Shown here: one piece after another, positions 46,670 to 56,938 of the stretch
Layout of the letters: each line of letters begins with the position of its first letter
How positions within the stretch are numbered: position 1 is the stretch's first letter
Source: a virus
Lineage: Duplodnaviria; Caudoviricetes
Strand: one strand, 5' to 3'
Length of the DNA stretch: 64,000 bases
Virus record (IMG/VR): IMGVR_UViG_2690315754_000004
Span: 1,612-65,611 of that record
The notes under the pieces: generated by a model
What the model saw: the letters and a program-made list of their open reading frames with translations, nothing else
Databases searched by the model: none
Told to the model about the DNA's origin: nothing
Program-made: the position numbers and the translations under genes

Positions 46670-46699
46670 TCATTTATGTTCATTGGATATTCGGCGATT

Positions 46700-46740
46700 A
46701 AAGGCCGACCACAAATTACATAATGTGGGCGGCCTTTTTT
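46700..46740 (+). terminator. Rho-independent terminator
   Basis: AAAGGCCG.CCACA / TGTGG.CGGCCTTT stem followed by a T tract. Confidence 0.7.
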
Positions 46741-46745
46741 GTTTC

Positions 46746-46874
46746 TTACCCGATCAGCTTCTTCAACCTCTCATACCTTTCACGATCCGCTTTTGACCTA
46801 TCCTTGTTTTTGACCACCTCAATCGCCAAATTCATCAATTCTGAAATTTCATCGACCCGATTCCCGTCATCCAT
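46746..46874 (-). CDS. Possible 42-aa protein divergent from the head operon
   Basis: MDDGNRVDEISELMNLAIEVVKNKDRSKADRERYERLKKLIG; AAAGGGA RBS. Confidence 0.4.
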   Translation of the reverse strand: MDDGNRVDEISELMNLAIEVVKNKDRSKADRERYERLKKLIG

Positions 46875-47071
46875 TTTTTATCCCTTTCGTTGGAAGTATT
46901 GATTGAAAATTTATTCACCTTGACCACCACCAAAAGGGGATTGCAAACAAAAAACGCGAATTATCACTACCGGTAATAATTGATCGGTAAAAGCGACAAT
47001 TTTCTTACCTTCAGTAATGTTATTTCCTGCCATTTTTAGGTGTCACCAAGCCAAGGTGACAAAAAAAACTT

Positions 47072-47100
47072 GCCGAATAAGCCGAATAAGCCCGATTAGG
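47072..47100 (+). promoter_or_regulatory. Direct repeats upstream of the element 2 head operon
   Basis: GCCGAATAA x2 plus degenerate CCCGATTAG. Confidence 0.5.
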
Positions 47101-47212
47101 CCCCTTCTCTTTTTTTAAATCTCATGCAAATGCTAGTATCGGTTCGGATATTTGGCCCCTTGTCGGGCAAGGCTGTGTCGAGCCGGCCTTGCCCGACGCC
47201 CTTCCATGAAAG

Positions 47213-47500
47213 ATGAATTTTATGGCTTTCAATCATGACGATGGCCTTTTTATAGCAACCGATTTTCGCAGTGCAGCATTAGAAGAGCGTGCCGAGGCCA
47301 TTCATGGCGCCATTGCCGAATTGCTTGCTGGCCAACGTGTCACCAGATTGACCATAGCGGGCAAGAGCATTGAATACGGCCAGGCCGACCTGGTAGCACT
47401 TCAAAAATTAGAGGCCGACACGCTCGCTGAACTGCGAAGATATCAGGGCTTGTATCCAAGCTATAAATGCTTGAGGGCTTCGACCAGCAAGGGTTTTTGA
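47213..47500 (+). CDS. gpW-like head completion protein
   Basis: LLAGQRVTRLTIAGKSIEY..ADL..L; upstream of the portal. Confidence 0.75.
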   Translation: MNFMAFNHDDGLFIATDFRSAALEERAEAIHGAIAELLAGQRVTRLTIAGKSIEYGQADLVALQKLEADTLAELRRYQGLYPSYKCLRASTSKGF

Positions 47501-47505
47501 TCAAT

Positions 47506-48984
47506 ATGGCCTACCTGAAAATTTTAGACCCACACGGCAACAGGATCAAAGCACAAAGCAGCACCTATGAGGCCGCAGGCTTCACCAGGCGCCTGAACCT
47601 GTGGGGCACTTCAACCCTGGGGCCTGACGCTTCGCTCTATGGCAGCCTGGCGACCCTTCGCGCGCGATCCCGTGAGCTTGTACGCAACGATCCTCTGGCC
47701 GGCGCCGGTCTTGACACCCTGGTGTCAAACCTGGTCGGCAGCGGCATATCGCCACGATGGCAGCTATCCGATGCCACATTGAAGGCACAGCTTCAACAGC
47801 TGTGGGCCGACTGGGCCATGCAGTGCGATCATGACGGCATCGCCGACTTTTACGGCATGCAGGCGCTTGCGGCACGCTCCATGATCGAATCAGGCGAAGT
47901 GCTCATTCGCTTCTTACCTCAGCGGCCGGGGCGCATGGCCGTGCCTCTTAAAATCCAGATAATCGAGGCCGACCACCTGGACGAAACCTACTCGACCACA
48001 CTGGACAACGGCCGAGAGATCCGTATGGGCATCGAGTTCGACGCATCCGGCCGGCGTGTTGCTTATCACCTGTTTAAAGACCATCCAGGCGAGGCTTTTA
48101 TAACGGCCGACACCGTGACCCGCGTTCGAATCCCGGCAAGCGAGATCCTTCACGTCTACCGGCCTTTACGACCCGGCCAGAAACGCGGCCGGCCGTGGTT
48201 ATCTGCCGTCATCACCACACTGCATGAGCTGAATAAATACCTCGATGCGGAGCAGGTGCGTAAGTCTTCGACGGCGATGTTCGGCGGATTCGTGACCGTA
48301 CCGCCTGAGGGCATCGACAGCGTTCCTGACATCCTGGGGCAGTCTGGCATAGACGCCACAGGGCAAGAGGTCTTGGCCCTTGAACCGGGCAGCTTTCCCA
48401 CATTACCGCCGGGCATGGACGTGAAATTTTCAGAACCCGCCGACGTAGGCGGCAGCTATGAGGCGTTCGTCAAACACATGGAACGGCGCATAGCGCGCGG
48501 CTTCGGCGGCCTGACCTATGAAAAATTGTCCGGCGATCTTTCCGGCGTGAACTACTCTTCGATCCGTGCCGGAAACCTGGAATTTCAACGCTTTTGCCTT
48601 CAAATCATCGGCAATGTGCTGGCCTTTCAACTCTGTCAGCCTGTGGCGCGCTACTGGATCGACCAGGCTGTGCTATCGGGCGCTGTCAAAATCATCGATT
48701 TTATCGAGCACCGTCAGCAGTATTACCGCATCAAGTGGTGCCCTGACGGCTGGCCCTGGGTAGATCCCGAAAAGGACCTGAAAGCCGAACAGATGGCCAT
48801 TCGCAGCGGCTTGAAATCCCGTGCCGAGGCAGTGGCCGAGCGAGGCCGCGACGTCGAAGAGGTTGACATGGAGCAGGCCGAAGACAATTGGCGCACCGAT
48901 GCCCTGGGCCTTTCCTATGACAGCGACGGCCGGCGCGCCAAGGATGCCGGCATCCCCACACAGGAACCGAGCAACAATGAATGA
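47506..48984 (+). CDS. Lambda-family portal protein
   Basis: LRARSRELVRNDP, RPGQKRG, GDLSGVNYSSIRAG and WVDPEKD. Confidence 0.95.
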   Translation: MAYLKILDPHGNRIKAQSSTYEAAGFTRRLNLWGTSTLGPDASLYGSLATLRARSRELVRNDPLAGAGLDTLVSNLVGSGISPRWQLSDATLKAQLQQLWADWAMQCDHDGIADFYGMQALAARSMIESGEVLIRFLPQRPGRMAVPLKIQIIEADHLDETYSTTLDNGREIRMGIEFDASGRRVAYHLFKDHPGEAFITADTVTRVRIPASEILHVYRPLRPGQKRGRPWLSAVITTLHELNKYLDAEQVRKSSTAMFGGFVTVPPEGIDSVPDILGQSGIDATGQEVLALEPGSFPTLPPGMDVKFSEPADVGGSYEAFVKHMERRIARGFGGLTYEKLSGDLSGVNYSSIRAGNLEFQRFCLQIIGNVLAFQLCQPVARYWIDQAVLSGAVKIIDFIEHRQQYYRIKWCPDGWPWVDPEKDLKAEQMAIRSGLKSRAEAVAERGRDVEEVDMEQAEDNWRTDALGLSYDSDGRRAKDAGIPTQEPSNNE

Positions 48985-50065
48985 TTTAATGATCGATCCG
49001 ATTTTTTTAGCTTCCCCATACCGCCAGGGCGCAGCATTGGAAAAATCTTTCACCACACATTCCAAAGCCCTGGCGGTCATATCCATCCATGGGCCGCTAT
49101 CGCACCGGGCGCAGGGGGGCTTCTTGTCGATGCTGTTCGGCGACACGGCCACATATGACCAGATCCGAGCGGCCTTTCAATCCGCCCTGGCCGACGATGC
49201 CGTGGGCGCTATCGTCTTTGACATCGACAGCGCCGGGGGCGAGGTGGCCGGGTGCTTCGATCTGGTGGATGAGATCTACCAGGCGCGCGGCACAAAGCCC
49301 ATCTACGCGATAGCCAATGAGGCCGCCTTATCGGCCGCCTACGCGATTGCGAGCGCAGCGGATAGAGTCTACCTGACCCGAACGGCTGCGGTCGGCAGCG
49401 TGGGCGTCATGGCGGTTCATGTGGATCAATCCGGCCTGGATGCAAAGACCGGCCTCAAGTATACCGCGATCCATGCCGGCAGTAAAAAGACCGACGGCAA
49501 CCCACACGAAGCCTTGAGCAAAGAGGCCGCCGACGCCATCCAGGCGCGCGTCAATGCCACCTATGATCTGTTTTGCGCCACCGTGGCCCGCAACCGTGGC
49601 CTTTCCGAGCAGACCGTCAAGGTAACAGAGGCGGCCATCTACACAGGCGCCGACGCAGTGGCGGCCGGCCTGGCCGATGCCGTCCAATCATATGAGCAGT
49701 TCATTCAAACCATCATCGAGGGTAACAACATGACTTTAAAAACCGATCTACGGGCACTTATCGCAGGCAAAAAGCCCGAAGAGATTGCCGAGGCCATGGC
49801 GGCCTGTGGCTTCATGCCGGCCGATCATAAGCCGGTCGAAGGCATTCTTGAACTGTGTGACATGATGGGCGTCTCCGACGTCGGCTTCATCAAGGCCGTG
49901 GTCAAAGACGGCCTGAACGTCGAGCAGGTCAAGGCGGCGATCCTTGCGGCCAGGGCCGAAAATTCAAAAACTATCTTTTCTACCGTCTCAGCGACCGGCA
50001 CAGGTGAAGTCAATCCCCTGCTTGCCGACGCCAAGCGCCGGGCCGGCATCAATGGAGGTGCATAA
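48977..50065 (+). CDS. S49 prohead protease/scaffold (lambda gpC-like)
   Basis: DIDSAGGEVAG, ALSAAYAIAS and GSVGV. Confidence 0.9.
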   Translation: MNDLMIDPIFLASPYRQGAALEKSFTTHSKALAVISIHGPLSHRAQGGFLSMLFGDTATYDQIRAAFQSALADDAVGAIVFDIDSAGGEVAGCFDLVDEIYQARGTKPIYAIANEAALSAAYAIASAADRVYLTRTAAVGSVGVMAVHVDQSGLDAKTGLKYTAIHAGSKKTDGNPHEALSKEAADAIQARVNATYDLFCATVARNRGLSEQTVKVTEAAIYTGADAVAAGLADAVQSYEQFIQTIIEGNNMTLKTDLRALIAGKKPEEIAEAMAACGFMPADHKPVEGILELCDMMGVSDVGFIKAVVKDGLNVEQVKAAILAARAENSKTIFSTVSATGTGEVNPLLADAKRRAGINGGA

Positions 50066-50067
50066 TC

Positions 50068-50442
50068 ATGGCCATTACCGAGGGCAACTACAATTCTGAT
50101 TGGTTGGCTTGGGAACAGGATAACGACTACAGCCGGAAAAAGGTCACCATCGCCGAGTCGCAGACCATCACCAAGGGCGAAGTGCTGGGCGTCGTGACCG
50201 CTTCCGGTCAATACGCGGCTTTCAACCAGGACGGCGATGACGGCACCGAGTCGGCCGCCGGCATCTCTTTGGGCGACTACGCCACAGCCGCAAGTGAAAC
50301 CGCCTCAGGCGTGGCCCTGGTGCGCGACGCCATCGTCATCGAAGACAATTTGACCTTTCCCAGTGATATTACTTCAGGCGAACAGGCCACTGCCATGGCC
50401 AGTCTTCTGGCCCTGGGCATCATCACGAAAACGGAGGCTTAA
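50068..50442 (+). CDS. Head decoration protein (gpD-like)
   Basis: YSRKKVTI, GEVLG and DGTESAAGI. Confidence 0.8.
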   Translation: MAITEGNYNSDWLAWEQDNDYSRKKVTIAESQTITKGEVLGVVTASGQYAAFNQDGDDGTESAAGISLGDYATAASETASGVALVRDAIVIEDNLTFPSDITSGEQATAMASLLALGIITKTEA

Positions 50443-50445
50443 TCC

Positions 50446-51456
50446 ATGCTGAACCCATTTGAAACCAACGACGCCTTTTCCATGGTGTCTTTGACCAAGG
50501 CTATCAACCTGCTTCCGAACAACTACGGCCGCTTGAAGCAGATGAACCTCATGCCGGGCAAGGGCGTTCGGACCCGCTCCATTGTGGTCGAAGAGCGTGC
50601 CGGGGTGCTGACCCTGCTTCCCACACAGCCTGTGGGCGCGCCTGGCCTGCAAAACGCCATGGGCAAGCGAACCGTTCGAACCTTTGTCATCCCGCATATC
50701 CCGCTCGATGACACCATCTTGCCCGATGAGTACCAGGGCATCCGGGCCTTTGGCCAGGAAGACGGCACGGCCGCCTTGGCGCAAGTGGTCAATGATCACC
50801 TGCAAACCATGCGCAACAAGCACGCCATCACCTTGGAGCACCTTCGCATGGGCGCCTTGAAGGGCATCATCTACGATGCCGACGGCTCAACCGTGCTTTA
50901 CAATCTTTATACCGAGTTCGGCATTACGGCCAAAACCATTGACTTTGTGCTTGATAACTCTGCCACCAATGTGGGCGGCAAGTGCCGGGAGTCCGTGCGT
51001 CACATCGAGGACAACCTCAAGGGCGACGTGATGAGTGGCGTGCACTGCCTGTGTGACGAAAATTTCTTCGATGCGCTTGTCAGCCATGACAACGTGAAAG
51101 AAGCCTATATGTATCACTCAGAGGCTTCCCAACGCCTGGGCGAAGACAATCGAAAGGGTTTTCGCTTCAACGGCATCACCTTTGAAGAGTATCGCGCAAG
51201 CGCCACAGGCAGCGCCGGCAGCACCGTAGCATTTATTCCGGCCAATACGGGCTACATTTTTCCCGTGGGCGGGCAGAGCACCTTCGAAACGTTATTTGCC
51301 CCTGCCGACTTCACCGAGACGGCCAATACCCTTGGCCTTGAGCTGTACGCCAAACAGGAACCGCGCAAGTTCAACCGTGGCGTTGACCTTCACACGCAGA
51401 GCAACCCCTTGCCGATCTGCTACCGGCCGGGTGTGATTGTGACAGCGACCATCTAA
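50446..51456 (+). CDS. Major capsid protein E (lambda-like)
   Basis: FSMVSLTKAIN, TLEHLRMGALKG and QSNPLPIC.RP. Confidence 0.9.
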   Translation: MLNPFETNDAFSMVSLTKAINLLPNNYGRLKQMNLMPGKGVRTRSIVVEERAGVLTLLPTQPVGAPGLQNAMGKRTVRTFVIPHIPLDDTILPDEYQGIRAFGQEDGTAALAQVVNDHLQTMRNKHAITLEHLRMGALKGIIYDADGSTVLYNLYTEFGITAKTIDFVLDNSATNVGGKCRESVRHIEDNLKGDVMSGVHCLCDENFFDALVSHDNVKEAYMYHSEASQRLGEDNRKGFRFNGITFEEYRASATGSAGSTVAFIPANTGYIFPVGGQSTFETLFAPADFTETANTLGLELYAKQEPRKFNRGVDLHTQSNPLPICYRPGVIVTATI

Positions 51457-51770
51457 TGAACCTTGACGATGCCAAATCGGCCGCCCTGGCGGTCTGGTTC
51501 GATACCGGTATCGCCGAATCGATCACTTACAACGGTTCGGCAATACCGGGGCATATCTCTTATAGTGAACCGGGCAAGGCGGCCTATGCCAACCATGCCG
51601 TGCTTACCGTGAGGCGCAGCGACGTGCCGGCGCCGGCCTACCGCGACACGGTAGTCATCGACGGGGCGACGTGGCGAGTCTACCAGGATGACGGCCAGGC
51701 GCCGATCTGTGGCGGCGATGAACTGACGTGGGATATCCCCATCATGCGAGGGGAAAGGCGCGCCATATGA
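51456..51770 (+). CDS. Head-tail joining protein (gpFII-like)
   Basis: Follows the capsid gene; SDVPAP...DTVVIDG..W.V. Confidence 0.65.
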   Translation: MNLDDAKSAALAVWFDTGIAESITYNGSAIPGHISYSEPGKAAYANHAVLTVRRSDVPAPAYRDTVVIDGATWRVYQDDGQAPICGGDELTWDIPIMRGERRAI

Positions 51771-52234
51771 ATATCAACACACTACTTGGCAACCTGGCGA
51801 CAGCCATCAGCACCAACGCGGCACTTACCACATGGTGCAACACGACCTATGGCCATGCGCACAAGGTCTTTGTCAACCTGGATCACCGCAACCCGCCAGG
51901 TGACAGCGATTGCCCCTTTGTGACGCTCTATCCGATCAGCAAGAGCGCCGGCCTGGGGGTGAGCACCAAGCGCCACGCCTTCGAAGTGGATTGCTGCATT
52001 TATGACGACACCACACGCACCACCGGCCAGGTGCTCGAATACAATTCGATCCGGCGTGTCGAAGAGTTCAGGAAATTGATTGAATCGGCCATCATGGGCA
52101 TCGATACGGGCAACGCTCTGATTGAGACGGTCGAAATTGAGTACAGCGTGGTCGAGGCTTTCCCCTTTGCCTGGGCCGGCATGGTCATCGAAATAAACGA
52201 GCACTTCATTTTGGGGTCAGATCCCCTTGAATAA
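51767..52234 (+). CDS. Tail terminator-like protein
   Basis: Precedes the tube gene; homologous to 28177-28653. Confidence 0.6.
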   Translation: MNINTLLGNLATAISTNAALTTWCNTTYGHAHKVFVNLDHRNPPGDSDCPFVTLYPISKSAGLGVSTKRHAFEVDCCIYDDTTRTTGQVLEYNSIRRVEEFRKLIESAIMGIDTGNALIETVEIEYSVVEAFPFAWAGMVIEINEHFILGSDPLE

Positions 52235-52249
52235 TACGAGGTAAAAAAA

Positions 52250-53197
52250 ATGGCACAAGTACTAGGTTACAAATCCCGCCTGGTAGCCGACTTTGAAACC
52301 ACTTGGGGTCAAGACCCGGCATCACCGGCCGGCATCGTACTGCCGATCAACCGTTATTCATTGGCAGCACGCCAGAATAAAATTCATGCCCAGACCTTGA
52401 ACGGCAGCCGGAACCCTGTCAAGCCGATCAACGGCAATTTGGAAGTATCAGGCGAGGCGATAGTGCCCCTTTGTGTGAACAGCATAGGCTATTGGTTCAA
52501 GGCCATGTTTGGCGCACCGACCACCACCGGGGTGGGGCCATATCAGCATGTTTTCAAAGTCGGCGATGGCCAGCTGTCCATGGTCAATGACTTGCGCTAT
52601 GCCAATGCCGCGACCGTGGTCACCTATGCGAAGTATTCGGGCGTCAAAACGTCGGGCTTTTCGATGGATCTGAGCGACGGTGATACTGAATTGATGGCCA
52701 AGATCGGGCTTGAGGCCGCAAACGAAACGCTCTCGACCAGTGCATACGGCGGCACACTCACAACGCCTTCACTGCTCGCATTGAGTAACTTTGATGCAAC
52801 CATCGAAGAGGGCGGCAGCACACTGGCGAAGTGCACGGCCATCGATTTTTCGATAAATTTTAATCTGCTCAGCTACTACGCGGTCGGCAGCGGCATCCGG
52901 GCAGGTATCAGTGAAGGTATCCTGGGTGTTTCGGGCAACGTAACTACAATTTTTGAAGACTTGACCCTGCTCAACAAGGCGATCAATAGCACCGAAAGCA
53001 GTATCGTGATTGAGTTTGCTTCGGGCACCAATGTGCTTGAAATAGCATTTAACGAAGTGATTTTTGAGCGCAACACGCCGGGCATCGAGGGGCCACAGGG
53101 GATTTTGATCAGTCTGCCCTTTGTTGCCTATACCGATGACGATGCGGCTGCATCATGTGTGGTGGCCACACTGACAAATGGCGTCGCAAGCTATTAA
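52250..53197 (+). CDS. Major tail tube protein
   Basis: 315 aa, colinear with 27189-28136 (LPIN, RNPV.P..GN, YW..AMFG.P.TTG, GPQG). Confidence 0.85.
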   Translation: MAQVLGYKSRLVADFETTWGQDPASPAGIVLPINRYSLAARQNKIHAQTLNGSRNPVKPINGNLEVSGEAIVPLCVNSIGYWFKAMFGAPTTTGVGPYQHVFKVGDGQLSMVNDLRYANAATVVTYAKYSGVKTSGFSMDLSDGDTELMAKIGLEAANETLSTSAYGGTLTTPSLLALSNFDATIEEGGSTLAKCTAIDFSINFNLLSYYAVGSGIRAGISEGILGVSGNVTTIFEDLTLLNKAINSTESSIVIEFASGTNVLEIAFNEVIFERNTPGIEGPQGILISLPFVAYTDDDAAASCVVATLTNGVASY

Positions 53198-53218
53198 AAA
53201 ATCGTAGCGGGGTAAAAA

Positions 53219-53488
53219 ATGCGCGAAGTCAAATTGACCGATAGTAAAATCATCGAAGTCCATGCCCTGACCCGTGGCCAGGTCAAAGACCTTCGCCGTC
53301 AGGGCTTCAACCTCATGGCACTGACCAAAGACCAGGCAGAGGAAGCGATGGACGCGGCCTTTGCCATGGTCTTGGCGCCTGAAGAGATCGAAGAGCTAAA
53401 CGGCCTGGCCTATCCCGTGGCTCTTGCTGTCTGGCGGGCGATCCTGGCCGAAACCTATGGAGCGCCGGGCGAGGAAAAAAACTCTTAG
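53219..53488 (+). CDS. Tail assembly chaperone (gpG-like)
   Basis: MREV.L N-terminus; slippery GAGGAAAAAAACTC at 53471-53484. Confidence 0.8.
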   Translation: MREVKLTDSKIIEVHALTRGQVKDLRRQGFNLMALTKDQAEEAMDAAFAMVLAPEEIEELNGLAYPVALAVWRAILAETYGAPGEEKNS

Positions 53489-53889
53489 AGGTCTGGCGGT
53501 CCCTGGCCGACGCGCAGCGCCGGCAATACTGCCAGACCTGCTTCAAAGCCAACAGCGGCAACCCGCCATGCGAGGATTGCGAGTGGCAACCACCTGCCTT
53601 ACTGCCCGAAAATCAAGACGCTTTAGAATTGTGGCTTGCCGTGCAGACGCAGTGGCGGGCCGGTCCGATGGGTGTCATCGGCCTGGACTACAACGTCTTG
53701 TATCAAGAGGCCATACGCCTGGGAATAGATCTGTCACCGGGCGTCATGAAAAAGATCCGGACCTTAGAGGCGGCCACACTGGAAAAGGTCTATGGAAGTC
53801 ACACTAAAGGGCGCGCCGGAACTTCAACGAGCACTCAAGTCACACCAGGCGAACGCCATCAAGGCCCTGCAAACGGCGCTCAAAGTTGA
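53479..53889 (+). CDS. Tail assembly chaperone -1 frameshift extension (DUF1799-like)
   Basis: -1 frame LLEVW..YCQTC..PCEDC..TQWRAGPMGVIGLDY. Confidence 0.7.
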   Translation, partial: KLLEVWRSLADAQRRQYCQTCFKANSGNPPCEDCEWQPPALLPENQDALELWLAVQTQWRAGPMGVIGLDYNVLYQEAIRLGIDLSPGVMKKIRTLEAATLEKVYGSHTKGRAGTSTSTQVTPGERHQGPANGAQS

Positions 53890-54352
53890 AGCCTTCAGGC
53901 TATCTAAAGAGCTAAAGGCAGAGATCCGGGCCGGCGACCGCTTCGCACCTCTAACCTTCCTGGCACGTCGCCGAAATAAATCCACACGACCAAATAGGCC
54001 ACTTCAACGCCTGGCGATCCCGATCCGCTATCACATGGTCGATGATATGACCGTGGCCATCGGTTGGACCGGACCGAAGGTGTCGGCATCTTGGAAGCGC
54101 ATCGCGCAGCGGCAGCAAGAGGGCTTCACATCGCAGGTGACCGAACGGCGCCGGCGCTTTTTTCGGCACAAGGCCGACAATTTGAGCGAGCGTTCGGCAA
54201 ATCGAAAGTTTCTCTTTTTGCGCGACACCACACGTGCCTTGAAGACACCGGCGCGGCCGATCATCGATCCCTTTTATGAGCGCCACCACATCCAGGCATG
54301 GCGCAATATCCAGGCAAACTTCCGGCGAAAATTGGCGGGTGAAAGAATATGA
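53792..54352 (+). CDS. Neck/tail completion protein
   Basis: VEAFRL...L..EIRAG and TPARPIIDPF; homologous to 25920-26582. Confidence 0.7.
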   Translation: MEVTLKGAPELQRALKSHQANAIKALQTALKVEAFRLSKELKAEIRAGDRFAPLTFLARRRNKSTRPNRPLQRLAIPIRYHMVDDMTVAIGWTGPKVSASWKRIAQRQQEGFTSQVTERRRRFFRHKADNLSERSANRKFLFLRDTTRALKTPARPIIDPFYERHHIQAWRNIQANFRRKLAGERI

Positions 54353-56316
54353 CCGATCACAAACTTGAAATCATCCTATCTGCAAAAAATATGGCCACCG
54401 GGGCCTTTGACAGTATCGGGGCGCAGGTCACCAACTTGACCAGGACCTTTTCAGGATTGCAGGGCGCCATGGCAGCGGCGGCCGGCGTGGCGGGCTTCGG
54501 GCTTCTGGTCAAGGGCGCCATCGACTCGACGGCCGAGATCAAGCGCAACGCAGAGATGGCCGGCGTGAGTGCCGAAGCCTACCAGGAATTGACCTATGCG
54601 GCGAAGCAATACCAGGTGACGGCCGACGCCTTGACCGATGGCTTGAAAGAATTGAACTTGCGTGCCGATGAGTTCGCAGTGACCGGCGCCGGCAGTGCTG
54701 CCGAAGCCTTTCAACGCCTGGGCTACACACAAGAAGAGGTCAACGCCAAGCTATCCGATACACCAGGATTGCTTCTTGAGATCACCGACCGCATCCAGGG
54801 CCTTGGCCGGGCCGCTCAGATACGCATCGCCGATGAATTATTCGGCGGGCAGGGCGGCGAGCAGTTCGTGGCGATGCTTCGGGCCGGTTCGGGCGAAATC
54901 GAGCGACTACGCGACCGCGCGCGATCACTGGGATTAGTTTTAGACAGCCACCTGGTGGACCAGGCGGCCGAGGCCAAGGCAAAACTTGACACACTCGTGG
55001 ATGTGCTTGGCGTGCAATTCAAAGGCGTGCTTGTGACCTTGGCGCCATCGATCACGAATGTGGCCGACCGCTTCACCACCTGGATCGAAGAAAATCAGAA
55101 CTTGATCGATCAGAATTTGCCCCAGTACATCGAAAGCCTTGGCAGTGCCCTTGAAGGTGCAGCCGGCGTGGCGGCACGCCTGGCGGGCTATATTGCCAAG
55201 ATTGCCTCTGTGGGGGCGCAGTTCGAAGAGTTTCACGGCATCATGGAGCGGGCCGGCGAGTATGCAAGGCGGGGCCTGTTTGACTTTTCACAGCTGGCCG
55301 GCCTGGATACCGACGCGGCACTTGCAAAGACCCGTGAGATTGTCGAAATGCTCGACCGCACCGTTCGCATCACGGAAAACGGCGAGATCCGCTATAAGAT
55401 AGGCGTGCACACCGAGGGCTTCGAAAAGTTCAAGGCCGACTATGAGCAGTGGATTGCTTCACTTCATACGACAGACAAGACAAAGCCTGTGGCGCCTCTG
55501 CCCTTGGTGCCGGCATTGCCCACACCACCACCGGTCAACGTGAGTTCAAATACTGCCGATTGGGTATCTATCAATACGCCAGGCGATGAGGCCGACCAGG
55601 GCTACAGCGAGATTGAAGAGCTACTGAGCAAGCGCAACGAGCTTTTCCAGACTAAAAACGATGAGCTTACCGGCATGACAGAGCGTACCGCCTGGGCGAT
55701 GCAGGAAAATTTTTCGAATCTATTCTATGACGCGATGACCGGCAAGCTTGATTCGTTCGAAGACTATGCCAGTTCAATATTCGACTCAATCGTTCGGGCT
55801 TGGTCGGATATGATTGGCCAGATGGCAGCCAAGGCCATCGCCAACAATATCATCGGCGGCATGTTTTCCACAAATAGTACAAGCGTATCACTTGGCACAA
55901 ACAGCCAAACAGGTGCCCTGGCGAATTGGGGCGCCAAGGGCCTGGTCTATGATCGGCACGGCATCAAGTGGCATGCTTCGGGCGATATACTTTCAAGCCC
56001 GACAGTATTCCCACTCACAAACGGCCAGTGGATTGGCGCCGGTGAGGCCGGAACCGAGGCCATCATGCCCTTGCGTCGTGGCGCGGACGGCCGCCTGGGT
56101 GTGGAAGCAAATGGTAGTAAAAACAACACAGTAGTAAATGTGTATAACTCTTCGGGGGTGGAAGCACGGACAGAAGAGCGAGACGGGCCCGGAGGCCTGG
56201 AAATAGATGTGATCATCGATAGGGCCTTCGCGCAAAAAATCGCACAGAGGGGCAGCGTCACCGAAAAAACGCTTAGAATGCAGACCAACTATCGCAAGCC
56301 CTTGACATTACGATAA
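54349..56316 (+). CDS. Tape measure protein
   Basis: 655 aa; C-terminal GEAGTEAIMPLRRGADGRLGV. Confidence 0.9.
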   Translation: MTDHKLEIILSAKNMATGAFDSIGAQVTNLTRTFSGLQGAMAAAAGVAGFGLLVKGAIDSTAEIKRNAEMAGVSAEAYQELTYAAKQYQVTADALTDGLKELNLRADEFAVTGAGSAAEAFQRLGYTQEEVNAKLSDTPGLLLEITDRIQGLGRAAQIRIADELFGGQGGEQFVAMLRAGSGEIERLRDRARSLGLVLDSHLVDQAAEAKAKLDTLVDVLGVQFKGVLVTLAPSITNVADRFTTWIEENQNLIDQNLPQYIESLGSALEGAAGVAARLAGYIAKIASVGAQFEEFHGIMERAGEYARRGLFDFSQLAGLDTDAALAKTREIVEMLDRTVRITENGEIRYKIGVHTEGFEKFKADYEQWIASLHTTDKTKPVAPLPLVPALPTPPPVNVSSNTADWVSINTPGDEADQGYSEIEELLSKRNELFQTKNDELTGMTERTAWAMQENFSNLFYDAMTGKLDSFEDYASSIFDSIVRAWSDMIGQMAAKAIANNIIGGMFSTNSTSVSLGTNSQTGALANWGAKGLVYDRHGIKWHASGDILSSPTVFPLTNGQWIGAGEAGTEAIMPLRRGADGRLGVEANGSKNNTVVNVYNSSGVEARTEERDGPGGLEIDVIIDRAFAQKIAQRGSVTEKTLRMQTNYRKPLTLR

Positions 56317-56342
56317 AAAAACAAAATCCCTGCCTTTTTAAA

Positions 56343-56363
56343 GTGTAAAATCCCGCTTTACAC
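56343..56363. promoter_or_regulatory. Palindrome GTGTAAA-N7-TTTACAC, copy 2
   Basis: GTGTAAA-ATCCCGC-TTTACAC upstream of the regulator/replication operon. Confidence 0.55.
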
Positions 56364-56501
56364 ACTGAAATAATTTAAAAAAAATCAAAAAATGACCTTG
56401 TTCGAGGCCAAAAATTGAATTATATGGAATCCAGCTTAATGCAGTAAAGACCCAAAAGACAGGGTTTAACAAGATTAACAACCCACACATGGAGCATCAA
56501 A

Positions 56502-56924
56502 ATGAACCGAACATTTACCAACCGCGATCTTGCCTTCATTACCGGTAAAAGCATAGGCACCATTAGGGCCTTGCCATCGACCACACTGTGCTTGCCCAGT
56601 TATCCGCCAAGAGAGCCCGACTTCATTACTCGCTGGTCATTCGATGACCTGGTGGGGGTTTATCTCTTTTTCACAATTGTTCAAGGCGGCATTTCACGCG
56701 AATACGCAGGCGAGGCCATTAACGGCACGGATGTCATCAAAGCGTTTCAAATAGATAGCCCCCCTGATTTTGTAATATTTATTGAAAAAGATGGCGGCGA
56801 GTGGGCGCCAAGGGTAACTGCCGAAGGCATGGCCCTGCTTTCCAAATTTCAATATGCTCAAGCCAGGGTGTTCAATTTAAAGTACTACAAACAGGCATTC
56901 GAAGAGCGTATCGCCAAACTATAA
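56502..56924 (+). CDS. MerR-like HTH regulator candidate
   Basis: FTNRDLAFITGKSIGTIR...RWSFDDLV. Confidence 0.55.
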   Translation: MNRTFTNRDLAFITGKSIGTIRALPSTTLCLPSYPPREPDFITRWSFDDLVGVYLFFTIVQGGISREYAGEAINGTDVIKAFQIDSPPDFVIFIEKDGGEWAPRVTAEGMALLSKFQYAQARVFNLKYYKQAFEERIAKL

Positions 56925-56938
56925 TTAGAGGTGCAACA

